DNA of 63,588 nt, filler included, from Hyphochytrium catenoides (lineage: Eukaryota; Protista; Hyphochytriomycota), in assembly GCA_900088475.1 (NCBI GenBank). It is 5 parts of 5 records of this genome, joined end to end, with 100 filler letters (N's around TTAATTAATTAA, not from the genome) between each part and the next. Parts side by side here need not be neighbours in the genome. Positions count along the whole stretch, not along the records: positions 11,351 to 37,351 come from FLMG01003652.1; 4 more parts are not named here. One strand, 5' to 3'. The position numbers and the translations under genes were made by a program. Under the pieces are notes generated by a model. That model was not told the DNA's origin and did not search any database. It saw nothing but the letters and a program-made list of their open reading frames with translations. Positions 12,369 to 24,487 of this stretch are shown here, in pieces; the stretch's first letter is position 1; the number at the start of each line of letters is the position of its first letter.

Positions 12369-13865
12369 TTAAGTATGGAGGAGGTGGTGACGGCATGAAG
12401 TCTTTGGTTGACATGAACAACCGTGATCTTGGTGACTTGCAGTAGCAAGTCCAAAGGGGTTGCGCCGAGTTAGATCAGCAACTTCCCCTGAGGAGGAGAA
12501 GAAAACAGCAGACCCTTGGCTGGCTCTTCGACTTTCTAAGGCGGGGTGACTGTGCAGGCCGCCATCCCATGGTCCGGTGCTGCTTGTGACCACGAAAGCA
12601 CCAGTGTTCCGATATGGGCCTGTAGCGTACAACAGATGCCCGGGTCGGGTAGGTTCAGAGCAGATGGACTCGGGACGCGTGATATATTGTGCAGGAATGA
12701 ACAAAGCAATGGTAATTGTAGAAGAGGTCAGTAATTCGACCTCGACTACGTTTGGAAACAAGCAGGTTTCCGATTGAGTAGCGCCTAAGGAGCAGCTTGA
12801 GAGGACAGATAATACCAACGCGACTTCTGGATAAGCTCTAGGTCACTCTGCAATCTGACTGACCTCTGCAGCGGCCCTTCTCGGCAAGGCAGGAGTGGCC
12901 CTTGGTTTCCCTTCCTTCCCCTGAATAGGTGCCAACTCAGAGCAGCATACCAAACAACAAGAACACTACCAGGCACAAGACAAGATAGAACCAGTGCGCT
13001 CCCTGAGGTTGATCATTTCCTGGGGACGACTTCGTCTTCTCAGTGCTAACCCCAACCTACGCGCCTTGGAAATGTTCAAGGGCCGATTAAACATATCCAC
13101 GGACGTATGTTGCTGCTTCCCTTAGCACCTCCTATTGCAAGCATTCGAGCGAAGCTGTCACGCAGGGTTATAAATAAACGTTCAGGCATGGCTCCGGTAC
13201 GTCAGGTGCAGAGACAAATGTCCACCGAGTACAGCCACTACGCATCAGTTGCCTACAGATTCTTCGGGGCAGGCAAGAGGGGCCTCTGTGGGTCCCTCAC
13301 CTTCATTGCCTTATGCTCTGCCGTATTAGCGTTTTTTAGTTGGATGAGCATCGAAGTTGCAGTGACTGGACGGCTTCCAGTGCTCATGCATAAGTGCACA
13401 GTGTCATCCTGATGCACAGTGATTCCGGGACCATTGTCTGACATTGGCATCAACTCATCGTCTGACCTCGGGCAGACTTCGTCACCCAGCGAGCTACTTC
13501 AGAGTGAGGTTCTGCCAACATAAACGCTGCCGATGTTAGCGTTGATGGTTGCTTACATCGCTCCTCAGCGGAATCTTCTTCAGTGCGATCGTAGGAGGAA
13601 AGCTCCGTCAACTGGTCTTCAGTGACCTGAACCAACCTTATTAGAGGTCATTCTTGGGGGGAAAGCCCCGTTAGCCCCACCTCCAAAATCCATTCTACAG
13701 TATAAAGACCATAGTGAGAGCCCTCACGTACATCAAGGTGAGGAAGACAACCCCATCAGAAAGTGGAAGATATGTAAGAGTTTCAAGTAACGTCTTCAAG
13801 TCATCAGCACTTGCACAGGAAGCGCAGACGAAGCTCAAAAGGAGAACCAACATGCCTCTCATCAT
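12369..13865 (-). CDS. Hypothetical signal-peptide-bearing protein, multi-exon (structure uncertain)
   Basis: MMRGMLVLLLSFVCASCASADD signal-like start; several short minus-strand exon-like ORFs separated by ~60-80 nt GT-AG introns; hydrophobic segment near 12930-13000; no family recognised. Confidence 0.45.
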
Positions 13866-14226
13866 GTGCCGTATGCCATGCATGATACATCCTACTAATA
13901 GCCTCAACGCCACTGACAAGGGAAGCCTGTTTAGTTAGATGCTCACGGCTGCTCCATTAGAAATCGTGGAAGGGCAAAGCTGGATTCACGCGACGAAACT
14001 ATGGGTAATCTGATGATTAGAGCTCACTTCCTCGACCATTAATCGCTGTTTCATTGGACGTGCTAATGCTGCTGCACCAAGACGTCCTCAACTCCTTATT
14101 GCACGGAACTTGAGGGGACCTTGCCGATTTTCCTGATGAGAAGGAAGTTCTTCAAGTGAGAACCAGTCCCGGTTTATCTTCAAACAGCCCAGATAGAGTG
14201 CACACTACTACTTGGGTACAGGAACA

Positions 14227-15550
14227 ATGTCGTCGGAGGAGAGCTTTCCGCAAGCGGCGATGGATGCCGCCACCCACCCTGGAGAGGTCATGAAGGACCT
14301 TACGGCAGGAGTTATTGGGGGTTGCTCGGGCATTGTCGTCGGACAGCCTTTTGACACGGTAAGAGTGGTTGGCCCTCCCATTTGCAAGAGCTAAGCTTTG
14401 AGGATCTGACTGCCTTTTAACACAGGTCAAAGTGAGACTGCAGACGTTAAGCGGTCGTTACAGGGGCCCCATGGATTGTGTTAGAAGAACGGTGTGGCTT
14501 GACTCATTTCTCAGAAGCCCGAGTGCATCTTTTCTTATGTATCTGTTAGTTTCGCAATGAAGGGTTACGAGGGTTCTTCAAGGGCATGGCATCGCCGCTA
14601 TTCAGCAGTGCATGGATCAACGCCATTGTCTTCAGTGCGTATGGCTCCACAGTAAGATATATTGAAGGCTCTGGCAATGTAGAACCGGCGCTCTCAACCG
14701 TATTTATCGCAGGTATGATGAGTGATGAAGGAAGAAGAGGAATCTCTGCCTTGTTCTGACCGCTTGCATTTGAACCAGGAACTTGGGCAGGCTTCCTGCA
14801 GACCTTTTGCATCGGACCTGCGGACCTTATCAAGTGTAAACTTCAGGTAAGACGCTTCATTCCAAGGAAATAGCTGATTAGCATTGCTGAGCCTGGATCC
14901 CAACACAAGGCTGACTTTACCATTACACTATGTTAGATCCAAGATGATAAGAAGAATCAAGCATACCGCGGTCCTCTGGACTGCGCCAGGCAGATTGTTA
15001 GGAAGCGTGGCGTTCTTGGCCTCTACCAGGGGTGGTTAGCGACTGCAGTTAGGGAGACTCCGTCGTTCGGTGTGTACTTCTGGAGCTATGAGGCAACAAA
15101 GCGTGCCCTTAGTCCAGAGCCTTCCGAAGAGACGAGTGTCACGACAATGCTTATTGCAGGAGGTAGATCTCTGAAGCTTGAATGTTGCCTTTCCTTCTTT
15201 CTGTGTAATCCTACTTTTCCCCACAGGTGTAGCAGGGCTCTCTGGCTGGTTTCTATGCTACCCTGTTGACGGTATGGCCCCTGTTACCTCTACCAACTGG
15301 TACCATATTGCCTTACCATCTTGTTAATCCGCGCGTGGTTCCTCTAGTGGTCAAGTCTAAGATACAGACCTTACCGGAAGACGCACCCAAAAGAGAATTT
15401 TCAATGAATTACCAGTTTAGGACACTCTACGCCCGAGAAGGAATGCATGCATTCACAAGGGGCCTAGGGACTACCCTTGCTCGAGCCTTCCCAGTCAACG
15501 CTGTCACCCTAATGTTTTATGAGGTGACACTTAAGGCGCTCTCCCAATAA
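14227..15550 (+). CDS. Mitochondrial carrier (SLC25; carnitine/acylcarnitine or basic amino-acid carrier-like), multi-exon
   Basis: Three signature motifs PFDT|VKVRLQ, PADLIKCKLQ, PVD|VVKSKIQ; also GLRGFFKGMASPL, RETPSFGVYFWSYE, RAFPVNA. Confidence 0.95.
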
Positions 15551-15747
15551 CGTAGGATGTGATGTGACTCCTTACAGCAGTAGGACTGACGCAGTCGAGC
15601 TGCCGAGCGCAAGTTTGCTTCCCGTATCTCCTTTCAGAAGGGAATCATTTATGTACAGCACAGATACTATATACAAACTAAATCAGAGCTTAATCTTGAG
15701 AAAGGGGGTCTTCATGTCTGCCCTTCAGGCCATCGCTCTTCCCAGAA

Positions 15748-16041
15748 TCACCAAGCCATACCCATATCTTCCTGGGTGGCACCAACGCCAATCGTTGTTC
15801 CATAGGGCACTGATTCCGCAAACTGCTGCTCGACCATAGCTTCGTACCACTCCTCATCGCTGTTGAAAGTTTGTTGAGACCTCATTCGGCTGTCTTCCTG
15901 TAAAGTCTGTTCGAGTTTCTCGGCGGCCTCCCCGTCCACCGCATCGGATGCCTCAATCATGGTGTTCTCCCACTCTTCGTCCTGCTTTCGCTCTATAGCA
16001 GCGAGCTTCTCCTTCAAAGTGTGCGTCGTCTGTTGATCCAT
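15748..16041 (-). CDS. Small acidic hypothetical protein with two DEEW repeats
   Basis: Open frame MDQQTTHTLKEKLAAIERKQDEEWENTMIEA...NSDEEWYEAMVEQ with protein-like composition. Confidence 0.5.
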   Translation of the reverse strand: MDQQTTHTLKEKLAAIERKQDEEWENTMIEASDAVDGEAAEKLEQTLQEDSRMRSQQTFNSDEEWYEAMVEQQFAESVPYGTTIGVGATQEDMGMAW

Positions 16042-16629
16042 CGTACTCCCCTGCAAGTCGGTAGACAAGGAGAATGCGTGCGGTGGGTGTGCTTCTTGGT
16101 GAGCTATAGTACTGGCGTTGAGTCTACGCGTCCTTGGATCTAAATCCTTTATGTCAGACACGTAGGGGCAGTAGGGTCGTAACACGGTGTATGCAACGCG
16201 CCGAGCTTGTGCCTATGAGACGAGAGATATGATTCTGAGGCGGCAATGGGGAGTGCAATGACCGGGGAACACTGTGATCAAACCTTCATCAGACTCTGTC
16301 TCCACAGCTTGCTCGGTCCTCTTCCTTCCGTCCTCTCACATCAGCCGTCATTTTCTGTCTCTTTCACCCCATCAAACAGAGGGAAGAGCCATCCATCAAA
16401 GTGTCGCCTCTAAGCATTTCAGATGATGTTCTAGGCTATACTATTACTACGAGACTAAGCCTGCAAAGAGGAGTGTTCTATCTTCTTACTACGTCCAGTT
16501 CTGGTCCTTTCTGTTTCTGTCCTCCCTCTTCTTACAGGTACGACATGATTTCATGAAGCATCACTTCAACTCTCAACAACACACGGCAGAATGTACTACA
16601 ACAACGCACGTAGTTGGTATCTTAGACTA

Positions 16630-17130
16630 CTGCGAACTCCTTTCACACGAACTCCACAATGGTAGCAAATCATCAACGTATTCGAATAAAATTAGTCTCG
16701 AACCCGCACTAGCGGTAGAAAACAAGGATTCGAAAGGTCCCGAGTAAGCTTGTATGCAAAAGGCTCGAATGTTGCCTCAAGTTCCACAGCGTCGAAGGTC
16801 CAAGCTTGACCAAAGGGGAAAACGGATAACTGTGATGATGAATATCGTGTACGTTATATGGAATATATAGGGACCTGTTCCTGATAGTGACTGGTCCAGG
16901 CTGATGTTGATGATGCAGGGTTTGCTGGCTTGCGGGCGGCGCCATCACCGCCTTGAAAAGCGCGAAAGCCCGCCAGAACATAGTTCTCGGAGACTATAAA
17001 AAGCTTCACTTTGTCCTGCGCCATTGGACTGACCATGCGGAGGATGGTCAAAATTTTGGGCGCTCTGGCAGAGGTTCATTCAGGTGATGCTCTTCGACGT
17101 CTTTTGCTTTGGACGGTACCACTCAACAAT
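16630..17130 (-). mobile_element. Possible highly degenerate Ty1/copia reverse-transcriptase relic
   Basis: Across shifted frames, in copia order: SPMAQDKVKLF (cf. SPVA..SIR), VKLGPSTLWNLRQ (cf. KL.KSLYGLKQ), SNPCF (cf. DPCL), LILFEYVDDLL; stops and frameshifts present. Confidence 0.3.
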
Positions 17131-17445
17131 ACTTGAGTGAACGGCTAGTCACATCAACTTAAGGAATCTGAAAGAGTGTCCTGAAGACCATCCGACCAGA
17201 GAATGGCGGGTGACGCTATTTACTGGCTCCCCTTATATATGGAATACCCTGCTTGCCGAAGCATGCTGACTGGAAATCAGTTCTGTTGGTCAGCGAGCTG
17301 AATGAAGTAGAGGTTTGCCTCGTTTATATGGGCGGTCCTTGATGCTGGAAAATCCGGAGCGAGGTGTGAGGAGCTTGTCTTGTCTTTACACTATGAGGCC
17401 TCCCTAAAAGATGCGACTGGGGTTTCAAAGGGTCTGACCTGCTGC

Positions 17446-17865
17446 CACATAACTGATGAACGTTAGCAGAGGTAGATTTTGATGATGTCTGAAGCTCTGT
17501 CTAGATGAACATGTAACAAAGAACTAAATGATGATTATGTGTCAATTGACTGAATGACTGTGCCTCTCTGCTGTTTTCTCCTCTGGAAGATGACTTTCAA
17601 GGCATCTGTCCTTTGCTTTAGCATAGTCAGGTGGGACAGCAGGGACCTGGGACCGTCAGGATCAAAACCATACGTCTCACTTGGCTATGCTAAAGCAGAG
17701 GACAGATGCCTTGGAAGTCATCTTCCAGAGGAGAAAACAGCAGAGAGACACAGTCATTCAGTCAATTGACACATAATCATCATTAAGTCCCGTTGTTATA
17801 TGTTCATCTAGACAGAGCTTCAGACATCATCAACATCTACCTCTGCTAAAATTCGTCAGGTTGTG
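17446..17865 (+). ncRNA. Long imperfect inverted repeat (~190-nt arms, ~36-nt loop); candidate miRNA/hairpin-siRNA precursor
   Basis: 17463-17637 is the near-exact reverse complement of 17674-17849, with weaker extension to ~17446/17865; most substitutions give G-U pairs on the + strand. The repeat is certain, the RNA-gene call is inference. Confidence 0.6.
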
Positions 17866-18403
17866 CTTGTGTGACTAACGGAAGTAGCGATAATAGTAAT
17901 CCTGTTCATCTTAGCTAACCTGCCGTCAGAGTTAGAACTGATTCCCCTCTACTTCTTATCGCTCTTCGTTTGCACCTCAGTCCCGTGGCTAAAGGACTGG
18001 AGCACCATGGGCGCTTATAGTCGGGAAGTAGAGTCACTGCAAAATCCAGGAAGGCAACAGGCCTTCCTAATAAAACCGATGAAGGAGATCTTTATCGAGA
18101 GAGAAAGCTTCTCAATCCGAGCTGCCGTCGTAAGTCGGTGTGACTCACAGCTGTCTCTGGCGCTCTGGCTGCTATGTATGAGGAAGGAGGGGTCATATCA
18201 GTCTGCTTCAAAAGCGCCAACATGCTGATCGTCCTCCATCGGGGCTGTATGACTTTTCGGTGTCTCATATTATCTTAGACCAAAGAGCTTGACTTTGTGA
18301 AAATTTTGTACAGAAGGTCACATGACAGGCGCCATGTTGACAGTCTTTTGGCTTTCCTAAAGAGGCTGCCTTCTCGTCAACTGATGGCTGAGCTTACACG
18401 TAT

Positions 18404-21400
18404 CTATCTCAAGGTTGAGCTTTTACTTACTGTCCCTGCTCTCCTACTACTAGAGCTCTTAGAGATTGGAGGACGACCATTGAAAGAACCTCCGCCATTT
18501 GTAGGGCTCCCGTCATCATCGGCGTCTGAGGGTGCCCTCGATCTCACTTGCCGCTTGGGCTTACCAAGTTCGCACTGGTTGACCTGGCGAGCAAACCGCA
18601 ACGAACATAGACTCTCATGGTACGACTCAGGCGTAGGAGAAAGATTCACCTAAGGAAAAGTGAGAAAGCTCGTTAATGGAAGCAAACGTGCCATAAGCAT
18701 CAAGACTGAAGTGGCCTTATTTGGGAGGATCGCATGAGAGACAAAGATTAGAAGGTGCTCTCTTTACCATCATAAGCGTCTTGCCGTCTCCAGAGAGGCA
18801 GTCTTGGAGCAGGTACGTCAGCTTGGAGTTCCGGAACGGTACCTGCAACGGCAATCATTAACTACTTGCCATCCTGACCAAAACATCGTGACAAGAAGAA
18901 CCGGAAATTCCCGGGTCTCATGATCCTTCCTCGGCGAGTCGTTGCCCTATGCGCGTCGACTTACATGGGCGTTCTTGTTAGCTAGGGCGACGAAGACGTC
19001 AGTGAGGCAGCTCAGAGATTTGTTGATGGCCTGTGTCTCTTTTAGACGGTCGCCCGTTGCCTGTGACCTGGAGAGGCGCTCGCTACCGGCAAGATCACAA
19101 AGGTTGAGTCTGCCCTCTAGGACTGCTCCCAGAGTATCATTCTCCCCTAGAACGTAGATGCACGGAGAGGATGTCAGCAATGGAACTAGTAGGCAGGATG
19201 GATGGCAGTTAGACTAAACATATAAAATGCTGGAGGCGAATGAACTATCAGAGTCACCTTGAAGAGGTAGACTGTGGCAAGCCACGAAGACTTACCTTTG
19301 AGGTACAGCGTAAAGACGCTATGACTTCTTGAAGATTGGGCGTTCATTTCCGTAAATCCCACACTTCGCTGCTTGGCAGCCTGTTCCATCAGGCTCTCCA
19401 CCTGCTCTGGTTGATCCACCGGCAAGAGCGTAAGGTCCGTTACATAAGCCTTTCCAGAAGCTGCGACGAAGGCAACAGTGAGCCGGGGAGACAGGGGACA
19501 ACAAGAGAAAAAATGTTGTGCAATGGGTAAGTTTTGCGCGAGAGGCTGGGATCAAGCAAAGTAATTAGCAGGGAGAGAGAGGGGTAGAAATTGAGTCGGC
19601 AGCTTCCAAAAGAGAAAGGCCTAAGACATCCTTCAGTGGCAGAGCGCGAGGAAACGGTCCTACCATCGCGTTTAATGTCATGCTTCTTGTCTTCACTTCC
19701 CTTAGGTGCTAGTAAGTCCCTAATAGACTCGTTGTAGATCTCTAGGAATGAGACCTGCATGGAGTACTTCCAGCCCTGAGAGGCTAGGATTGAGGACTGG
19801 CTCATAACTTTCTCGATTGAGCGGGGAATAATGCCACGCATCTGCCCATTGCCGCTGCCTTGCATCTGGAAATAAAAGAGAGGAATATGAGTGCCGCGGC
19901 TGCTTTCCCGTACCCCAACCCTCTATAATAATAGCGCTATGTGCTAATCATCTTTCTAGTGCTCTGTAGGTCCTCTATCTCCGTACTTTGTCTTCAAACG
20001 CTACTGGTAGATTTCAGTTGGACGTGGTGCCTTAGCAGAGTGCTCTCTTGGGTCTCCTGTACCAATGACTTACACTATGCGTTTTGCCTGAGCCCGTCTG
20101 TCCATAAGAAAATAGGCAGACGTTATACCCGTCCAGCGCCGACTGGACAAACTCTGAAACCTCGTCAAATACCGCGTCCTGTCCAGCTGAAGGAGGAAAG
20201 ACCTTGTCGAAGGTAAATGGGACAGGTTCAATCTTGGGCTCTTGGGGAAAGGAGAGCCGCAGGCCCACTCCGTCAGCTAGACAAGAAATTGACAGCGGAC
20301 TGTCTGAAGGAACGTTATCGCTTGGCAATATGGGCCGAGTCCGCACAAACACTCGGACATTTCCTCTCAATTCCTGCGAAGAGTCAAAAGAAGAGAGGAT
20401 TGAGCCTATAAAGGTCAAAGATCACTGCATGATGACGACCACCATTTCCTGCCAGCTTGATACCTGGATGAGGTTATGCATCTTTCGGCGTTGCGTCTCG
20501 CCCTCAAGCAGCTTGTTCTCTAGCTCAGCTATCCGTTTCTCCTTCTCGGCTATCGAAGTCTGCTTCATCTCTCCCAGCTCCTTTAAACGGAGACGGAGGA
20601 CGTCCGCTTCCTTCGTCACCTCACATAGGCGGGCTAACTCTGTATCTTTGGCCTCGTTGACAGACTCCTTCACTGTTCGAAGCTCACTCTCGAGCTCCAC
20701 TATTCTCTCCTATAATTTAGAGCATGTGAGACCGGCAAAGATGTAGACTAAAGGGATAGGACTTGTAATGCCTCCGCACCTCCAGCTTGTCAATGACGGT
20801 TTTTAGTTTCTCCTTGTCTTCCGCTTCCTTGGCGACTTGGTCCCTGCATGATTCTTTCTCCTGAGCCACCGCGTTCTCCAAGCCCTTGATGGTTACAGCT
20901 GCTTCGGACTTCACAGCCTTTTGCGAGAAAGAATGAGAGATGTCAAGCATTTCAAGAATTGCCACTAGAGCTGAAAAAAGTCACCACTGAGACAAGAGTA
21001 GAAGAGTGAGGGTAGCTTATGGAAAAGCCAGAGCCGACTTCACCGAATCATTCAGTTTGGAAAGAATAGAAGCGCAGCGACACATATTTGGCCCCAGTTA
21101 CCTGCATTTGTGCATTCAGGGCGACATACTCCGTCCTCAGCTCTCTCATCTGTGACTCTAGGAGACTTCTGAGCTCCTTCTCCACAGCAGCTGAGCGGTC
21201 CATCTCTTGTGCTCTTTGTTTCGACTCTTCCGCTTCTTTTTTGGCCTCTTTCCTTTCTTCGATGACAGACTCTAGTTTGACTTTCAGCTCATGGATTTCA
21301 ATTTTCAGGTGCTCAGTAGTAGCTTTAGAAAGTGCTTCTTGTGTCTTCCACTGTAGAGATTCCGCCTTAAGAGAAGAGAGCTCCAGCTCCAGCTTTGCCT

Positions 21401-23617
21401 TCTCTGCAACTAGCTTGGTGTTGGCATCCTGAGCGAATGCTTGGACCTGCTCAGAGGCAAAAACGTTAAGAAAGACAGAAAGAACCTAGATAACCTGGCT
21501 CCTGACCTGGGCAAAGCTGCTTAGTGCCTGGGCTACTTCCGAGTCCTTCCGCTTTAGCGATTCCTTAAGCTCTGCAATGCTGCTTTCCTTCTCAAGGAGT
21601 TGGACTTTTGCCTTCTCAATATCCTTGTCCAGCTCTTTTGTTCGGTATTCGAGCTGTTATTAGGCAAAACGTTTAGAAAATTCTCTATCTTGCTAAGAAC
21701 TGCAGTAAGTGGATAGAGTTACTTTGCTTATCTGTTCCTTCAGAGCTTGGATTTCTGCCTGTAGCAATTTCTGTTTCTGCCCTTCTTCCTCCGCTTGCTT
21801 CTTCACCTCTTCTAGGCTGTTTTGGTGCTCCTCTTCTGCTTCTGCCAGCTTATGCTTCCACATCTCGACCTCAACATTAATCTCTTAGCTCGCCAACTCT
21901 ACAGTATAGTACGGAAGGGCTGACCATAATCAGCATACCTCTTGCTCCACAACGCTGAACTCCAATTCCCGTCTTTCTTTAGCTTCCACCTTGAGCTGCC
22001 CCACTTCCTCACTCCTCTGCTTTAGCTGGTCTTGGAGAAGCTCACACTTTGTAGCCATCTCGGCAAGGCGGAGCGAAAGCTCTGCTTTCTCACCCTCTAC
22101 TCGCGCTTTTGCTGTGAGTGCCTCCTGCTGCTTCGCCAACAACGCGCGGTGCTCATCCATGAGCTGGGGAAAAGAAGAGAAAAGGTAAGAGAGAGTTTAA
22201 AATGACTGCAAGAAGCGAGATAATTCGGAGACTGCATAGATAAGCGCCAGATGGGGAGTTGGAAGCATGCCGGGCCTCGTACCTCGTCCTTTTTCGAGTA
22301 GCTGGATATCGTCTCATGTGTGAACTCGTAGAGCCTAGCTTCGGCCCGTTCTAGCTGAGACTTGAGGTTATCATTTGCCTGTGCTATCGTCGTAGCATTG
22401 GTAGCCGCCACCTCACATTGGCTTCTCAGCTTCAGCTCATGCTGCTTAACAAGATCTACAAGCTCTTTTTGCTGCCATACAGAAGAAGAGAGAGAGGAGA
22501 TAAAGGAGAGCGATAAACGATGTGAGATCTAACGCCTAGACGAGAGAGCAAGTGGCGCAATTTAGGAAAAAAAGAAAAAGTTGACAGAGTTGGGAGGGAA
22601 GGTTGCCTGACGATAGTAAGGCGAGTACCTTGTCCAAGCTATCTCGAAGGGCAGTGCGCAGAGCTCGAAGCCAAGCGGTCTGCTGGTCGTCACCCCTAGA
22701 CCTCTGTCCATATCTTGAGCCTGTTCGGGTACTCGGCTTATTATTGCCCACTCCCATGTTTAGAATCTCTCTCATCTTCTCGGTATACCCCTCGCCATAG
22801 ACTCGATTCACAAGGCCATCAATCTCGTTCTCTTCCACTGATGTTACTTCCGGATCTGTTGCCGCTGCCTGCTGATTTTCATGTTTTTCGGCTGCTTGTG
22901 GTGTAGGCAACGCGAGAGCCGAGCCATCACGAGGAGAAGTGCGGACATTCGCTTTACGCGCTCCAGTCACCGTCGGACCAGGCTTTCTCTTCCTAGCGCC
23001 CAGCGAGCTATCAGAAGGCGGTGTGGGCTCTCGAGAGAGCGGCGGCTTTCTAGCAGCCTCGCCAGTTGGTGAGGGTAGAGATATTGTTGGGGGACGCCGT
23101 GCCCTTGTAACTCTACTCCTGTCCGCAATGCCGATCGAGAACTTGCCAGGCTCGGCATCATTGCTCTTGGGTGGCACTTGCCCTATTCTCCCTCTAGGAG
23201 AAGGCTGGGAAATTGCTGGCTGAAACGCCAGTGAAACCGCGGGACTCTCGTTCTCATTCTTCAAATGAGTTTGCAGACCTTTCTCTGTCGGGACTGCGGG
23301 CTCTTCTACCTGTTGTGGCCTTGGCAGGGCAGTCGGCTTGACCACCTGCGGTGCCGCTAGTTGGGACTTAAAACCGAAGCGATTCCCGGAGGTTATCCCC
23401 AAGGGTTTCCGCACTGGTAATGAGCTCTCTATCGCCTGTGGAGCGGCACCGGAGGTAGATGATTCTACGAAAGAGGATCCATCGTGACCGCTGTCATTGT
23501 TATTCTCCTTCATCTCACCTTTCCTGGGAGAGATATGACTGACAAGCGCCTTTCTTGTAAGCCCCTCCAGTGCGGAGGCTTGGCGGAACTCGCTCACCAA
23601 TGGGTCTCCCGCCCACT
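18404..23617 (-). CDS. Kinesin-14 (C-terminal motor; KIFC1/Kar3/Ncd class), many exons; start probably slightly upstream (~23850)
   Basis: Neck-motor junction [15 protein letters not shown]-loop [44 protein letters not shown]; preceded by long coiled-coil exons and an S/P-rich tail. Confidence 0.95.
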
Positions 23618-24245
23618 GCAGTTGGCTATTGAGCGAGTGTTACTCAGGATGACGTAAAGAGCGATTCAATGTAGTCTTGACAAGCACTCGTTGGGTGGGT
23701 GCCTCTCTCGCTCTCTATCGAATGACACTAAGTAACCTTGTCTAGCGCCCCATCATGTACAGAGCTAGTGGCCAGTGGGCCAAGCACAGAGCGGCAGCAT
23801 ACAAGGAAGACCTGAGTAGAGGCCTGATGAGCGCGATGGTTTGAGCTTCATCCGCAGCTCCACCGGAGAGAGCAACAGTTTGAGACGAGCGGTGACTGGA
23901 CAGATCTTTTCTCTTTGTCCTTTTGTTAGTTCTCGCCCATCACCTACTACTCAGAGTCCGGAATAATCCGCTTCTCCTGCTTAGAGGACCTGTTGCTGGG
24001 TACCATTCCGGAACCTCAGTGTTATTTTGAATTTTGGGTAACCGTTGCCATGGTGTGCATCAAGTTTTTAGTGTATCACAGTTACCGAGTGGACTGCACG
24101 TTTGATTACTTTTCGATGGTATCAGTGTTAGAATTCCTTATGTGATAACCTGAGAAGGGAAGAAACCGTCACAGCTTTTGTCTACCATCAGGCACACCGT
24201 TCCCATCAACATCGCGCTCTGCTGATGGCCTCTGGACGTCTGCAT

Positions 24246-24327
24246 TCAGTCTCAGTCTCAGAGGAAGGGCAGCAAGAGTATATTGTCTCAGTCTCAGTCT
24301 CAGAGGAAGGGCAGCAAGAGTATATTG
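24246..24327. repeat. Tandem duplication, 42-bp period
   Basis: TCAGTCTCAGTCTCAGAGGAAGGGCAGCAAGAGTATATTG occurs at 24246 and 24288. Confidence 0.9.
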
Positions 24328-24487
24328 GTGGCTAAGGAGCCGCGGTAACATCTTGATATCTACTGACTATGTCTGGTTGTTGAAGCTTTCCTGCGCTATA
24401 TCTCATGCAGTATACCAGTGCTCGTCTCAAGTGATCCTTTGAACGTACCACCCAAACCTTTCTGTTAGGAAAGGCACCGCGCAAACA

